A DNA stretch of 64,000 bases. Source: Snowella sp. Lineage in GTDB: Bacteria > Cyanobacteriota > Cyanobacteriia > Cyanobacteriales > Microcystaceae. Position numbers and translations under genes: made by a program. The DNA is taken from the NCBI GenBank assembly GCA_035285545.1, contig JAYKGY010000135.1:16874-80873 (forward strand), given 5' to 3'. The notes beneath the pieces are model-generated. The model was not told the DNA's origin and searched no databases. It saw only the letters and a program-made list of their open reading frames with translations. The stretch's first letter is position 1; each line of letters begins with the position of its first letter. This document shows, in pieces, positions 29,113 to 39,401 of the stretch.

Positions 29113-30444
29113 ATGATTCCGACGTTCCGCTTTTATTTATTTTTAATGCTCGGTGGCGCGATCGCGGTATGGATGGCCATCGTCTTTTCCCAGGCGGCTG
29201 CGTTAAGGGTGTTGTTGCTCTACGATCTGGGTTTACTGATCTTGGGTTTTATAGATGCCTATCGGGTGAAATTCCATCGCGTCGAAGTTAGTCGTTCTCC
29301 CCTGGCTCGGCTCTCGATTGGTCAAGATAATCCCGTTGAATTAATCCTTAAAAATCAGCAATATCCCGCTCAGGTTTGGTTAAAGGATGACTATCCCGTA
29401 AATTTTTCCGTATCAGTCACTGAATTGAAGGCGAGTTTAGCCCCCCACGGGGAACAAACCTTAACCTATGCCGTTTATCCCCAACAACGGGGTCAATACG
29501 AGTGGAAAGATCTGCATCTTCGTCAGTTAGGCCGCTGGGGGTTGGCGTGGCAGGGTTGGAAGGTTTCGGCGAGTCAATCCGTGGCCGTTTATCCCGATCT
29601 GTTATCGTTGCGATCGCTGTCGATTCGGTTAACCCTGGAAAGTTCCGGCACGATGCGACAAGCCCGAAGAATTGGATTAGGAACAGAATTTGCAGAATTG
29701 CGGGAATATCAGCACGGCGATGACCTGCGTTATATGGACTGGAAAGCCACCGCCCGTCGTCAACGTCCCTTAGTCCGAGTGCTAGAACCGGATCGGGAAC
29801 AAACGGTCATGATTCTTTTGGATCGGGGTCGTTTAATGACGGCCCAGGTACAGGGGTTGAAACGTTTTGATTGGGGTCTAAATACGGCCTTATCTTTGGC
29901 CTTGACTGCCCTTCATCGCGGCGATCGTGTCGGTATCGGGGTTTTTGATCGAGATATTACAGCTTGGATTGCACCTGAGCGCGGGCAACACCATCTCTCC
30001 CATTTAATCGAACGATTAACTCCCATTCAACCTGTGCTATTAGAACCGGACTATCTGGGGGCAGTGTCTAAAGTGGTTAATCAACAAACCCGTCGTGCCC
30101 TAATTGTTTTAATTACCGATATTGTGGATCAAACCGCTTCTGCTGAACTATTAGGAGCCATGATGCGCCTAACGCCTCGGTATTTACCCTTTTGTATTGC
30201 GCTGCGGGATCCTCAAATTGATACTCTAGCTGCCGGTTCTTCCTCGCTTGTAGCCTCTAACCCTGATACTAGGATTCAAGCTGCCTATACCCGTGCTGTC
30301 GCGATCGATCTTCTCGCTCAACGCCAGGTTGCTTTTGCCCAACTCAAGCAGCGGGGGGTTTTAGTCTTAGATGCCCCGGCCCATCAAATGAGTAATCAAT
30401 TAGTCGAACGATACCTACAACTGAAGGCGAAAAATTTACTTTAA
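29113..30444 (+). CDS. DUF58 domain protein (VWA-like, usually MoxR-associated)
   Basis: GTEFAELREYQHGDDLRYMDWKATAR, LDRGRLM and GDRVG motifs. Confidence 0.88.
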   Translation: MIPTFRFYLFLMLGGAIAVWMAIVFSQAAALRVLLLYDLGLLILGFIDAYRVKFHRVEVSRSPLARLSIGQDNPVELILKNQQYPAQVWLKDDYPVNFSVSVTELKASLAPHGEQTLTYAVYPQQRGQYEWKDLHLRQLGRWGLAWQGWKVSASQSVAVYPDLLSLRSLSIRLTLESSGTMRQARRIGLGTEFAELREYQHGDDLRYMDWKATARRQRPLVRVLEPDREQTVMILLDRGRLMTAQVQGLKRFDWGLNTALSLALTALHRGDRVGIGVFDRDITAWIAPERGQHHLSHLIERLTPIQPVLLEPDYLGAVSKVVNQQTRRALIVLITDIVDQTASAELLGAMMRLTPRYLPFCIALRDPQIDTLAAGSSSLVASNPDTRIQAAYTRAVAIDLLAQRQVAFAQLKQRGVLVLDAPAHQMSNQLVERYLQLKAKNLL

Positions 30445-30542
30445 ATGCCGTCAATTTTTGCTTTTAATTAAGTTGACTAACTTACTATCCAGTCCTTGCT
30501 TCGATTTTTTATTGAGTTTGGTTCTTTTCTCAGGTTTCCTGA

Positions 30543-32021
30543 TTATAGCAATCGGGATAATACCTGATAAATCAAGCGAAATAAAGCCGTCACCGCCACT
30601 AGGCTCAAACCGACAAATCCGGCAATTAAGATAATCACAAAAAAAGCGTTTTGAAATAAGGGAGAAGAAAGGATTAAAGCGGGTTTGAGTTGGGTAATAA
30701 GGGGGGCGTTTTGTAAGGCAGGGAAAAACCAAAACGGTAGGGCACTAAGTCCAGCAATGATCAGTAAATCCCAGTGTTCTATCATCCGTCGCCATTGGGC
30801 TAAGATTATGCTCGCGATCGCCATTCCAGCAAATCCGGCACTAATCCCTGCCCCAGGAAAAATACTCGTTGCAGCTAGCCAAATTAAGGAACCTTCAAAA
30901 CCCGTAAAGGCGGCACTACTGAGTAATTCCACGATCGAAAACGATTTTCTAGCGGATTTAGTTGCAACAGGAGCTACTTGAGCGCGAGGATTAGTAGGCT
31001 GAACTGGTTGGCTAGACTTTGGTGGCTGGAGCGTGGTTGATGCCCCTTGGGAAGTCGGTTGAGGAGGCGTTGTTGGCGCATTTAAGGCCGCTAAAACCTC
31101 TGTTGCGGATTGATACCGATCTTTGGGAGCCGCCAATAATAATCGGTCTAAGATCTGGGCGAAGCGATCGCTGACTTTCGGTGCAAAGGATCGCCAATTC
31201 CAAGCCGTATGGTAGGGATCGTATAATTCATCAGCGGTTTTACCAGTGAGTAAATACAAACAGGTCACAGCCAAGGCGTACAGATCCGTCGCGGGATAAA
31301 CTTGATTTCCTGTCATTTGTTCAGGTGGAGCAAATCCCATGGAATAAATTCCGGTTGAACCGCCCCCTGGCACATTACCCGCTGTTACCTGTTTAACCGC
31401 ACCAAAATCCAGTAAATATAACGTCCCTTCTTGGTCGCGCATAATATTGGACGGTTTAATATCCCGATGAATCGAGCCTTTACTATGGACAAACTGAAGT
31501 ACCTTGAGCATTTCTTCTAAAACAAACCGTGCTTCCGCTTCCGAAAATTGTCCCTTGTCAGCCAATTCCTGTTCTAAGTTCTTCCCATTAATAAATTCTT
31601 GAACCAGGTAGAAAAATTGATCGGGTTTCCCTGTTCGGGCATTATCTACAATTAGGGGAAAAAAAGCGTATAAATCTGGGATTTGCTCATGTTTATTCCC
31701 CAATTGCTCTAATACGGTTGCTTCCCGTTCAAATAATCCCTGCGCGATCGCTAATTGTTGATCACTTAAATTTCCTGTCGGCTGAAACTGCTTCACCACA
31801 CAAAACCGCATCGTTGGCGTAAACCGATCCAATGCCAGAAACGCTGCCCCAAAGCCGCCCTGCCCTAGTAATCTAACGGGTAAATATCGCCCCGCCAAAA
31901 TTAACGGCATTCCACAACTCATACAAAATTTTTGTTGAGCCGTTTGTAGGGTGTTACGGTTATCCAAATCGGGAAAGCTATTTAGGCGATCGCATCCAGG
32001 GCGAGTGCAAAGAATATCCAT
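30543..32021 (-). CDS. spkF: Hanks-type Ser/Thr protein kinase with N-terminal 4-Cys prefix and C-terminal TM helices (SpkF-like)
   Basis: CTRPGC...CMSC; GQGGFG; VVKQ; HRDIKPSN; DFG; APPE; C-terminal hydrophobic helices. Resemblance to Synechocystis SpkF is from recall. Confidence 0.85.
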   Translation of the reverse strand: MDILCTRPGCDRLNSFPDLDNRNTLQTAQQKFCMSCGMPLILAGRYLPVRLLGQGGFGAAFLALDRFTPTMRFCVVKQFQPTGNLSDQQLAIAQGLFEREATVLEQLGNKHEQIPDLYAFFPLIVDNARTGKPDQFFYLVQEFINGKNLEQELADKGQFSEAEARFVLEEMLKVLQFVHSKGSIHRDIKPSNIMRDQEGTLYLLDFGAVKQVTAGNVPGGGSTGIYSMGFAPPEQMTGNQVYPATDLYALAVTCLYLLTGKTADELYDPYHTAWNWRSFAPKVSDRFAQILDRLLLAAPKDRYQSATEVLAALNAPTTPPQPTSQGASTTLQPPKSSQPVQPTNPRAQVAPVATKSARKSFSIVELLSSAAFTGFEGSLIWLAATSIFPGAGISAGFAGMAIASIILAQWRRMIEHWDLLIIAGLSALPFWFFPALQNAPLITQLKPALILSSPLFQNAFFVIILIAGFVGLSLVAVTALFRLIYQVLSRLL

Positions 32022-32145
32022 ACAGAATACCCAAATCAATCAATGGGTCGATTTTGTTAAACAATTAATCAATTAAATTAAACGCTAATTTTTAAGGAAA
32101 ATTGATATTTTACAGGTCTAATCGCGTTTGCATTGGGCTGTAGAA

Positions 32146-32475
32146 TTAGGTGGATAAACCGAAGGATAAACCACAGCTACAAGGGTTGACTGTATTAGGA
32201 TTATTAAATCGAAAACCACCGCCCATTAAATCTTCGGCATAGTCTAATTTCAAATTCTCCATATAGGATAAGCTATCTTCATTGATTAGAATTTTAATGC
32301 CTTCGCTTTCGGTTTGCCGATCGCCGTCTTGAACGGATTCAGTGAGATCAAAGGTATAGAAAAAGCCAGAGCAACCACCGGATTTTACGCCAAGCCGAAA
32401 ATAGCTGTTAGTTTGTCCCCGACTATTTTGCATTCGTTTAATTTCTTTAGCTGCCGTGTGACTGAGATGAATCAT
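32146..32475 (-). CDS. iscA: A-type Fe-S cluster carrier (IscA/HesB family)
   Basis: GGCSG, DY.EDLMGGGFRFNNPN and CSCG.SF motifs. Confidence 0.92.
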   Translation of the reverse strand: MIHLSHTAAKEIKRMQNSRGQTNSYFRLGVKSGGCSGFFYTFDLTESVQDGDRQTESEGIKILINEDSLSYMENLKLDYAEDLMGGGFRFNNPNTVNPCSCGLSFGLST

Positions 32476-32627
32476 AACCCAAGATTTTTAGTAATTACTC
32501 ACTTATATTGTACTGATAGAGCTTGCCCATCGAGAATTTCAAGCAATTTAGCGACACTTTAATGCTTAAATAATGGGAACATAATCTTTCATAATTTTAC
32601 AAGCTTAGAATCTCCAAAGAATGCGTT

Positions 32628-33416
32628 ATGTCCTCCTCCCTCCCACCCGACGGCCAAGAAAGAGACGTTAAAACCCTGGGGAGTGCATCCCTAGATGGGG
32701 CACCGCTTGCCTATATTGTCGTCCTAGCGGCAGTGGTCACGGCCCTTGCGTTTATTCCCTTCTCGATTATTCTAGGGTCAGGGGGAGGAATGCCCTTAAG
32801 TCAGAGTGTTTTCCCGCTCATTGGTTGGATTCTTGGCCCGATTGGTGGCGCGATCGCCAGTGGTATTGGTACCTTAGTTGGTGTATTGTTGGCTCCCTAT
32901 ACCGCAGGTGTTCCCTTTGTTTCCGTTCTCAGTGCCGCTTTAGCGAGTTTTGCCGCAGGAACAATGGTGTTAACGTCAAGACGACAATACTGGTGGATTG
33001 TTTTAACGATTATTTTAACCATTGAGCTTTTACTGTATTTAAGTCATGCCATTGCTCAAAATGGGGTTGCGATTTCCACCGCGATCGCCGGCTCCTTTGT
33101 GGACTGGTCAGCCCTCTTACTCTTTGCCTTGCCCACTCGTACCCTATTTGCCCGTTGGATTAATAGTGCCAATATTGCTTTGCTAGTAGCCGGTTTATTT
33201 TTAGGATCTTGGATGATTTCAGGGTTAGCCCATATTAATTCCGCCATGATTACCTACTATTTATTTAATTGGCCGGAAGAAATTTGGATTAGCCTGATTC
33301 CCATTATTCCCTTTGAAAATTTGATTCGTTCTCTCGCCGGAGCCGTCATTGGAGCAGGGGTGATCTCAGGATTACGGGTGATCGGTCTTGTCAAGCCCAA
33401 AGAAGCGATTTATTAG
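32628..33416 (+). CDS. Membrane protein, probable ECF transporter S component
   Basis: 6-7 TM helices; GWILGPIGG..ASGIG motif typical of S components. Confidence 0.6.
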   Translation: MSSSLPPDGQERDVKTLGSASLDGAPLAYIVVLAAVVTALAFIPFSIILGSGGGMPLSQSVFPLIGWILGPIGGAIASGIGTLVGVLLAPYTAGVPFVSVLSAALASFAAGTMVLTSRRQYWWIVLTIILTIELLLYLSHAIAQNGVAISTAIAGSFVDWSALLLFALPTRTLFARWINSANIALLVAGLFLGSWMISGLAHINSAMITYYLFNWPEEIWISLIPIIPFENLIRSLAGAVIGAGVISGLRVIGLVKPKEAIY

Positions 33417-33427
33417 TTTAAATACGC

Positions 33428-33449
33428 AAAAAGAGGTCGCATTGACCTC
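33428..33449 (-). terminator. Intrinsic terminator of apcABC
   Basis: GAGGTC-N5-GACCTC hairpin with a 5-U tail on the minus strand. Confidence 0.65.
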
Positions 33450-33493
33450 CCTTCGACGAACTAGAGTGATTGACTATTGGCAAATCAAGGGGA

Positions 33494-33697
33494 TTATACT
33501 AAACCCGTGTTAGTGCCAGGTTTGCCGGTAGCTAATTGAACTTTAATAATTTTTCCACCCATTTTCATAATCCGTTGCTGTTCACTGAACCAGTTATCAT
33601 AGGCAACTAATTTGGTGAAATAAGTATTTTGTAATTCGCGCTGTGTCCGAATACGGGTCTGGCTAGGAACACAAGCGGTTACTTTAAACATCCGCAT
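33494..33697 (-). CDS. apcC: Phycobilisome core small linker polypeptide
   Basis: MRMFKVTACVPSQTRIRTQRELQNTYFTKLV; 67 aa; follows apcB. Confidence 0.98.
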   Translation of the reverse strand: MRMFKVTACVPSQTRIRTQRELQNTYFTKLVAYDNWFSEQQRIMKMGGKIIKVQLATGKPGTNTGLV

Positions 33698-33749
33698 GAT
33701 TTTAAGATCTCCTTAAATTTTTGGTCAAAAAATACTCTAGATACGGCAA

Positions 33750-33853
33750 GGGTCGGGAGTCAGGAGTCAATACTAAACGGTCAAAACTTATTTCTAGAAA
33801 AACTTAGATATAAGCCTTTAACTGACTAGCACTCACTCTCTTACTCCCGAACC
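33750..33853. repeat. Long-loop inverted repeat between apcB and apcC
   Basis: GGGTCGGGAGT (33750-33760) pairs with ACTCCCGAACC (33843-33853), one mismatch. Confidence 0.55.
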
Positions 33854-33895
33854 TAAAGGATAAACAACGCTATAGGTTGTCGATGTGGAGATGTT

Positions 33896-34381
33896 CTAGC
33901 TTAAACCAGAGCTAATGTAGTCTAAGTAAACACCGAGTTCTTTACCCGCTTCAGAACCCACTAAGCTAGCAGCAACTTCTTTGATTGCTTGAATCGCTTG
34001 AACGGTAGAGGAAATGGGTACACCTAAGGAGTTATAGGTTTCTTTTAATCCGTTGAGAACGCGCTCATCAAGGATAGAGGGGTCTCCAGCTAACATGGCA
34101 TAGGTAGCATAACGGAGATAGTAGTCGAGGTCACGGATACAAGCCGCATAACGACGGGTGGTGTACATGTTGCCACCGGGGCGGGTAACATCAGAGTACA
34201 ATAAGGATTTAGCAACCGCTTCTTTAACGATGGTTGCTGCGTTTGCGCTTACAACACTAGCGGCACGAACACGAAGTTCTCCGGTGCTGAAGTAGCTTTG
34301 TAATTTGCTGATAGCGGAACTGTCGAGGTATTTACCTTGAACGTCAGCAGAGTTGATTACAGCCGTAATTGCGTCTTGCAT
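33896..34381 (-). CDS. apcB: Allophycocyanin beta subunit
   Basis: [37 protein letters not shown]. Confidence 0.98.
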   Translation of the reverse strand: MQDAITAVINSADVQGKYLDSSAISKLQSYFSTGELRVRAASVVSANAATIVKEAVAKSLLYSDVTRPGGNMYTTRRYAACIRDLDYYLRYATYAMLAGDPSILDERVLNGLKETYNSLGVPISSTVQAIQAIKEVAASLVGSEAGKELGVYLDYISSGLS

Positions 34382-34458
34382 AGTTTTTGTGTTTCCTTAG
34401 AATCTTGCTTAGGGTTAATGTTTGCTAAATTGAAGTAAAACGGGGATTTAAGTCCGTC

Positions 34459-34944
34459 TTAGCTCATTCTGCCGATAACATAATCAAAATAGCCACCTGC
34501 TTCTGCTGCATCTTCAGAAGAGAGTAAGCCACAGGCAACTTCTTTCAGTTCGCGGATACCTTGAGCAACTGCGTCAACGGGAGTGCCTAAGGATTTGTAC
34601 ATTTCACGAACACCGACTAAGCCGATTTCTTCAATGGGGGTAACGTCACCAGCAACTACACCGTAGGTTACTAAGCGGAGGTAGTAGTCCATATCCCGAA
34701 GACAGGTTGCAGTCATTTCTTGACCATAAGCGTTTCCACCAGGGGAAACTACGTCAGGACGTTTTTGGAATAAGCGATCGCCAGCTTGTTTAACGATGGT
34801 ATCGCGAGCACCAGAGAGGGTCTCGGCAATCCGAAGACGAGCGGCACCAGTGGTAACAAAAGACTTGATTCTGTCTAATTCGCCGGGGCTGAGGTAGCGA
34901 GCTTCTGCATCAGCATTCACGATTGAATTCGTGACGATACTCAT
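34459..34944 (-). CDS. apcA: Allophycocyanin alpha subunit
   Basis: [40 protein letters not shown]. Confidence 0.98.
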   Translation of the reverse strand: MSIVTNSIVNADAEARYLSPGELDRIKSFVTTGAARLRIAETLSGARDTIVKQAGDRLFQKRPDVVSPGGNAYGQEMTATCLRDMDYYLRLVTYGVVAGDVTPIEEIGLVGVREMYKSLGTPVDAVAQGIRELKEVACGLLSSEDAAEAGGYFDYVIGRMS

Positions 34945-35094
34945 TGATGGATTCCTCCAAAAAATAAAAGTTATTAAATGGTGCTTAGGTTTACCTTATT
35001 AACCAGCGAGTTACTGAAAAAGGCGCATTCTACACCTTTTGTTCAAATAACCTGCCCAATTATTTTCTGACATGGCGATCCCCTTCGTCCTAAA

Positions 35095-35112
35095 TTTGTA
35101 ATAGTTTTTAAC
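35095..35112 (-). promoter_or_regulatory. HLR1 (RpaB-binding) site upstream of apcA
   Basis: Minus strand GTTAAAAA-CT-ATTACAAA, one mismatch per octamer to the HLR1 consensus; about 150 bp upstream of apcA. Confidence 0.55.
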
Positions 35113-35140
35113 ATTCCGCTCAGATTCCACTCAGCAAAAA

Positions 35141-35494
35141 CTAAAGCGGCTCATAAAATCGACAGCCTTTACAAGGGCCACTAGGGTTGACGGCACACCG
35201 TAAAATTTCCGAATGGGCATTGAAGCGACACTGACTATCCCCGATCACTAAATTTCCTTGCCATAGGCTTGTTTCACTGGGGGGCGTAGCGGATTGAACG
35301 TGAAGAGAGATTTTATTTAAGCGATAACCGCCAATTTTGTATTGGTAATGGTGGCGACGTTCCAATACGGTGTAGGTTTTACCTTCGAGTTCTAAATGAT
35401 TGCCTGGCTGGGGCATCCAATCGAGATGAATTTTCCCCAATGACTGCGGGGGTTGCGTTAGGATTACCTCGGTGGGCAATAGGTCTGCTTCCAT
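35141..35494 (-). CDS. DUF6464-like conserved cyanobacterial protein
   Basis: LERRHHYQY and IGD..CRFNA.SEILRCAVNP.GPC..CRFYE Cys pattern. Confidence 0.75.
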   Translation of the reverse strand: MEADLLPTEVILTQPPQSLGKIHLDWMPQPGNHLELEGKTYTVLERRHHYQYKIGGYRLNKISLHVQSATPPSETSLWQGNLVIGDSQCRFNAHSEILRCAVNPSGPCKGCRFYEPL

Positions 35495-35602
35495 GCGTTC
35501 AGTTTTGAGTAGGGTCTTTAAATTTTAGCGTTAGATTCAGAATCGGCTGAATAGCGATCGCGGTTTCCTGAAATTCTCTTCAAAAAATTAGTAATTTGTC
35601 AG

Positions 35603-36349
35603 CTAAATTAACCCTTCGAGTTGCAAATCTTCAATGGTTTGGAGACCACGGGGATCTCCCAATCGCAGTAAAGCGGCTTTAGCATCTTCTTTTACGCCGT
35701 AATCTTCATCCTCCACCAAAGATTCTAGGAGCGCATCGATCGCAGTGGCATAAACCACATTAGAGGGTAATTCCCGACAAAGTTGACCAATGGCCCAGGC
35801 GCAATTACTCCGAACCGCAGCCATCGCATCCCGTCGTAATCCTTCAATCAAGGGTGGAAGAGTGGAAATGACATCGCCATAATCCAAGGCAGCAATTTGG
35901 GCTAAACTGCTGGCCGACCACAGACGCACGGCGGAAATATCGGTTTTCAACGCATGGAGCAAGGGATCAAGGGCACGGCGATCGCGGCAATTCCCCAAAG
36001 CCCAAACTACTCCTTTACGAACGTAACCATTCCAATCTTTTTGTAACAGTTCAATTAAAGCTGTAACCGCATCACCATGAGGATTTCGTCCTAACGCATA
36101 GGCCGCACTGACTCGTACTAAGGGACAGTTATCATTCAGTAATTGAATTAAATAGGGAATAGCTCGTTCTTCTTGGATTTCACAAAAAGCGCGTGCTGCC
36201 AGCATCCGTTGGGGCGCATCGGTCGCGGAAAGAAGCGGCAACATCATTTCGGGATCAGGCGGAGATTCCTCTAGTCCATCATCATCTAACTGGTCTAGGG
36301 GGTCTTCAAACTCATCCTCAAGAATGCTTAGGTCATCATTTTGGTGCAT
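35603..36349 (-). CDS. HEAT_PBS repeat protein (bilin-lyase/NblB-related fold)
   Basis: Repeated VR..AA.ALG units; acidic N-terminus. Confidence 0.85.
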   Translation of the reverse strand: MHQNDDLSILEDEFEDPLDQLDDDGLEESPPDPEMMLPLLSATDAPQRMLAARAFCEIQEERAIPYLIQLLNDNCPLVRVSAAYALGRNPHGDAVTALIELLQKDWNGYVRKGVVWALGNCRDRRALDPLLHALKTDISAVRLWSASSLAQIAALDYGDVISTLPPLIEGLRRDAMAAVRSNCAWAIGQLCRELPSNVVYATAIDALLESLVEDEDYGVKEDAKAALLRLGDPRGLQTIEDLQLEGLI

Positions 36350-36570
36350 ATTGGATAAATTATCGCATTAGGGGAATCGCTACTAGTGCTGAGAATATCT
36401 TTTTTGATGGGGGTAGCCTTGATCCCCGCTTCTCCCAAGAACTCATGGCGATATTGATCTCGTAAATTCACAGAATTAAATTTTAAGACCTATTGGTTCT
36501 CGTTAGCGTCTATCTCCTTCAGGGGATTGGAATCCGTTGACCCCCAAGGAAAAGAGGAATGGTCAGGGAT

Positions 36571-36978
36571 TTAGCCGTCTTTAAGCAAAATACTCATAAA
36601 AGCGAAGCCACCAACGGCAATTAAGGCGATCGCGACGACTAAGCTGAGGGATAAACGAGAAGTATAAACAAAATCTCCCCGATCAATGCGCTGTAAATCT
36701 TGACGATGAGCCATCGAAGCAGCGGATAGGGCAGTTGTCCCAATCGCAATAAAGGCCAAACCTAAAATGCGAGAAAGATGGGGAGAGTTAATCCCCTCCT
36801 GAAAGTTGTGGTGCAGGGCTGTTACGACCCGATCAATGCCAAATCCAAAACTAATGAGGGATAAACACGTCCGAATCCAAGCCATTAGGGTACGTTCGGC
36901 CGCGGCTCGATTTCGTTCTTTTGCAAGTTCATTTGCAAGACTAAGGCTTGAATTGGCAGGCGGTTGAGGAGAGTGCAT
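36571..36978 (-). CDS. YidH / DUF202 membrane protein
   Basis: LAKERNRAAAERTLMAWIRTCLSLISFGFG; three TMs. Confidence 0.88.
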   Translation of the reverse strand: MHSPQPPANSSLSLANELAKERNRAAAERTLMAWIRTCLSLISFGFGIDRVVTALHHNFQEGINSPHLSRILGLAFIAIGTTALSAASMAHRQDLQRIDRGDFVYTSRLSLSLVVAIALIAVGGFAFMSILLKDG

Positions 36979-37228
36979 GGGATTAAAGGATGAATCGTCG
37001 CTGGGCTACCCAACAACATTATCCAATAGACAAGGATTACGCTGGCCTATTTCCCTATTTCCCCCAGTTCTTTAAGAAAATTTTACCCCCTAAACCCACT
37101 TATTTAAAAGATTAACTTATGAGTTTTCTATTGTTTTATATATTTTATTTATTAGATAAAGGTTTGAGAATCTTTTGCAATAAGCTAATAAACAGAGTAA
37201 ATTATTGAGAGTAATTAGCAAAAAGCCG

Positions 37229-38203
37229 ATGACATTGAATTTCAAAATGGGGCTAAGTCTGGGTCTCGTGTCCGCAATGGGAGTGATTGGCCTATCGGTA
37301 ATCGCCAACACCTCCTTACAACCCGCGATCGCGCATAACCACAGCAAAGAAACTGTCCAGCTTGCCCAAGCTGCCCAAAACCGTCTGGTGATTGTTTTTG
37401 CGTCACGGAAAGGAAGCACCGACCTCGAAAACAAAGTAAAAGCCGTCACCAGTTTCCTGTCTAAACAAATTGGCGTGCCCGTAGAAGGCATTATTGCGGA
37501 TGAAAGTGCCGCGGTTGAAGCGATTAGGGCCAATCGGGCGGATGTCGCCTTTCTCGGCAGTCGGGCCGCGATCAAAACAGCCCAAACAACAGGAGCCAAA
37601 TTATATCTTGCTGAAGTCCGTGATGATTACTCTGGCGGGCATACCTACAAATCTGTTTTGGTGGTTCGTAAAGATAGCCCTCTCAAGCCCTTAAAAAACG
37701 AAAAACAAACCCTGGGACAACTAAAGGGTAAAACGATGGCCTTTGCTTCGCGGACTTCGGGTTCTGGCTTTATTATTCCGACGAGTTCCTTTGTGGGAGG
37801 GGGATTTGTTTCTGAGCCGGATCGCTTTGATCAGTTTTTCGGCAAAGTCATCTACGGAGATGGTTATCCCAGCGCACTGCAAGCCGTTCTCAAAAAGCAA
37901 GCCGATGTGGCAGCCGTTTCTGAATATGCCCTCAAAGAACCTTGGATTACGGCTCAAGAAGCGCAACAATTACGAGTCCTTTGGGGAATTCCGGGCGTGC
38001 CTGCTCACGGGATTGTCATTGATGATGATGTATCGGCATCGTTACGCAACAAAATTGTGGCAGCCTTTTTGAAATTAAATGAGCCGAGCAATAATGCAAT
38101 GTTTCAATCTTTATACAACTCGACGAAGTTGGTGAAGGTTGATCATGACAAGCATGTTGCACCAATGCAGCGAGCCTTACAAAGAGCCAAAATTAACCCT
38201 TAA
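37229..38203 (+). CDS. phnD: Phosphate/phosphite/phosphonate ABC transporter substrate-binding protein
   Basis: Signal peptide; AVEAIRANRADVAFLG, Y.SVLVVRKDS, LKGKTMAF..RTSGSG motifs; upstream of phnC and phnE. Confidence 0.85.
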   Translation: MTLNFKMGLSLGLVSAMGVIGLSVIANTSLQPAIAHNHSKETVQLAQAAQNRLVIVFASRKGSTDLENKVKAVTSFLSKQIGVPVEGIIADESAAVEAIRANRADVAFLGSRAAIKTAQTTGAKLYLAEVRDDYSGGHTYKSVLVVRKDSPLKPLKNEKQTLGQLKGKTMAFASRTSGSGFIIPTSSFVGGGFVSEPDRFDQFFGKVIYGDGYPSALQAVLKKQADVAAVSEYALKEPWITAQEAQQLRVLWGIPGVPAHGIVIDDDVSASLRNKIVAAFLKLNEPSNNAMFQSLYNSTKLVKVDHDKHVAPMQRALQRAKINP

Positions 38204-38294
38204 GGTGCCGGAAAGTACCGGAGTCGCTTCAATTTTTGTCGTTTATTCAGTCAGGGATTACTTACAATCACTGACAATTTTTCTTCATAATCTC

Positions 38295-39038
38295 ATGATC
38301 ATTCATTGTAATCATATTTCCAGCTTGAATTATTCTGCGACGGGAGCACCGATTCTTAATGATATCTCCTGTCAAATTAAAGAAGGGGAATTTGTCGCCC
38401 TCTTGGGGTTGAATGGGGCAGGGAAGTCCAGTTTATTAAAAGCTTTGATTGGGTTAATTCCCCTCAAACGGGGTGAAATCCAAGTAGAAGATTGTCTGCT
38501 AACGCCTAAGACTTTGGGGAATATCCGTCGTCGCATGGCAATGATTTTTCAAGGAGGTGGCTTAATTCGTCAGTTGTCAGCTTTAGAGAATGTTTTATGC
38601 GGTCTTTTGGGGTCTCGTTCTGCCTGGCAAACGTTGGGGGGGTTTAAAAATAGCGATCGCCGTGTTGCCATCGATTTATTAGCAGAATTGGGATTAGAGC
38701 AATATGCTGACCAAAAAGTGGGAAAACTCAGTGGTGGCCAGCAGCAACGGGTCGCGATCGCGCGGGCATTGATCCAATCCCCTCAAATTTTATTAGCCGA
38801 TGAACCGATTACGGGTTTAGATGTGATTGCGGCCAATCAAGTTATGGAAAGTTTAGCCCGATTAAATCAAGAACAAAACTTAACCGTTGTGACGGTATTG
38901 CATGATCTGAAGATGGCAGAAACCTTTGCCAAACGGGCCATTATTTTAGATAGTGGCAAGATCGCCTATGATGGATCTTCGCAGAATCTTACTCAGCATT
39001 TTCATGACTGTTTACCCTATGAATTCAAATTAGCTTAA
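38295..39038 (+). CDS. phnC: Phosphonate ABC transporter ATP-binding protein
   Basis: GLNGAGKS, ENVLCG.LG, LSGGQQQRVAIARAL, LADEP and LHD motifs. Likely start is ATG 38295. Confidence 0.88.
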   Translation: MIIHCNHISSLNYSATGAPILNDISCQIKEGEFVALLGLNGAGKSSLLKALIGLIPLKRGEIQVEDCLLTPKTLGNIRRRMAMIFQGGGLIRQLSALENVLCGLLGSRSAWQTLGGFKNSDRRVAIDLLAELGLEQYADQKVGKLSGGQQQRVAIARALIQSPQILLADEPITGLDVIAANQVMESLARLNQEQNLTVVTVLHDLKMAETFAKRAIILDSGKIAYDGSSQNLTQHFHDCLPYEFKLA

Positions 39039-39242
39039 ACATCATCCTGAAAATAACCATTAGCAATCTTCCTAGTCCTTTAAAATCAAGGACAATTTTT
39101 TATTGGGGGATTAAATATTAACTAGGCCATCATTAATTTTCATAAAATTCCCCCGCTTATCAGCACTTTCCTTAATAAGGGGAGATCAGACCGATAATCC
39201 TTGTTTATATTTAATTATGTTTAATTACGACTCTCTACTTAT

Positions 39243-39362
39243 TAAGTAAGTCAATTTAATTAAAAACAAATACCGCTAAGGACATAATAGTATTACGTCT
39301 CTACACGAATTTTTTCCGTAGGGATTTAATAGTGTTAAATTTTTATGGAGTTGCGCTACTTA
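39243..39362. mobile_element. MITE/REP-like element with two hairpins, between phnC and phnE
   Basis: Bounded by TAAGTA...TACTTA. Hairpins: GACATAATA-G-TATTACGTC(TCTAC) at 39281-39304, and TCCGTAGGGATTTAATA-G-TGTTAAATTTTTATGGA at 39315-39349. Confidence 0.5.
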
Positions 39363-39401
39363 ATTTAAAAAAATTGAATTTTAAATTTACTGATTATAAA
39401 A

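Noticed and set aside
30451..31203. ORFs 30451..30732, 30685..30981 and 31012..31203
   Set aside because: Alternative-frame or antisense overlaps of the Ser/Thr kinase.
37060..37125. Possible Pho box (SphR) upstream of phnD
   Set aside because: TTAA-like half sites are present but not as three good PyTTAAPyPy units at 11-bp spacing. The region is AT-rich.
37117..37599. 160-aa minus-strand ORF
   Set aside because: Antisense shadow of phnD with no recognisable motifs.
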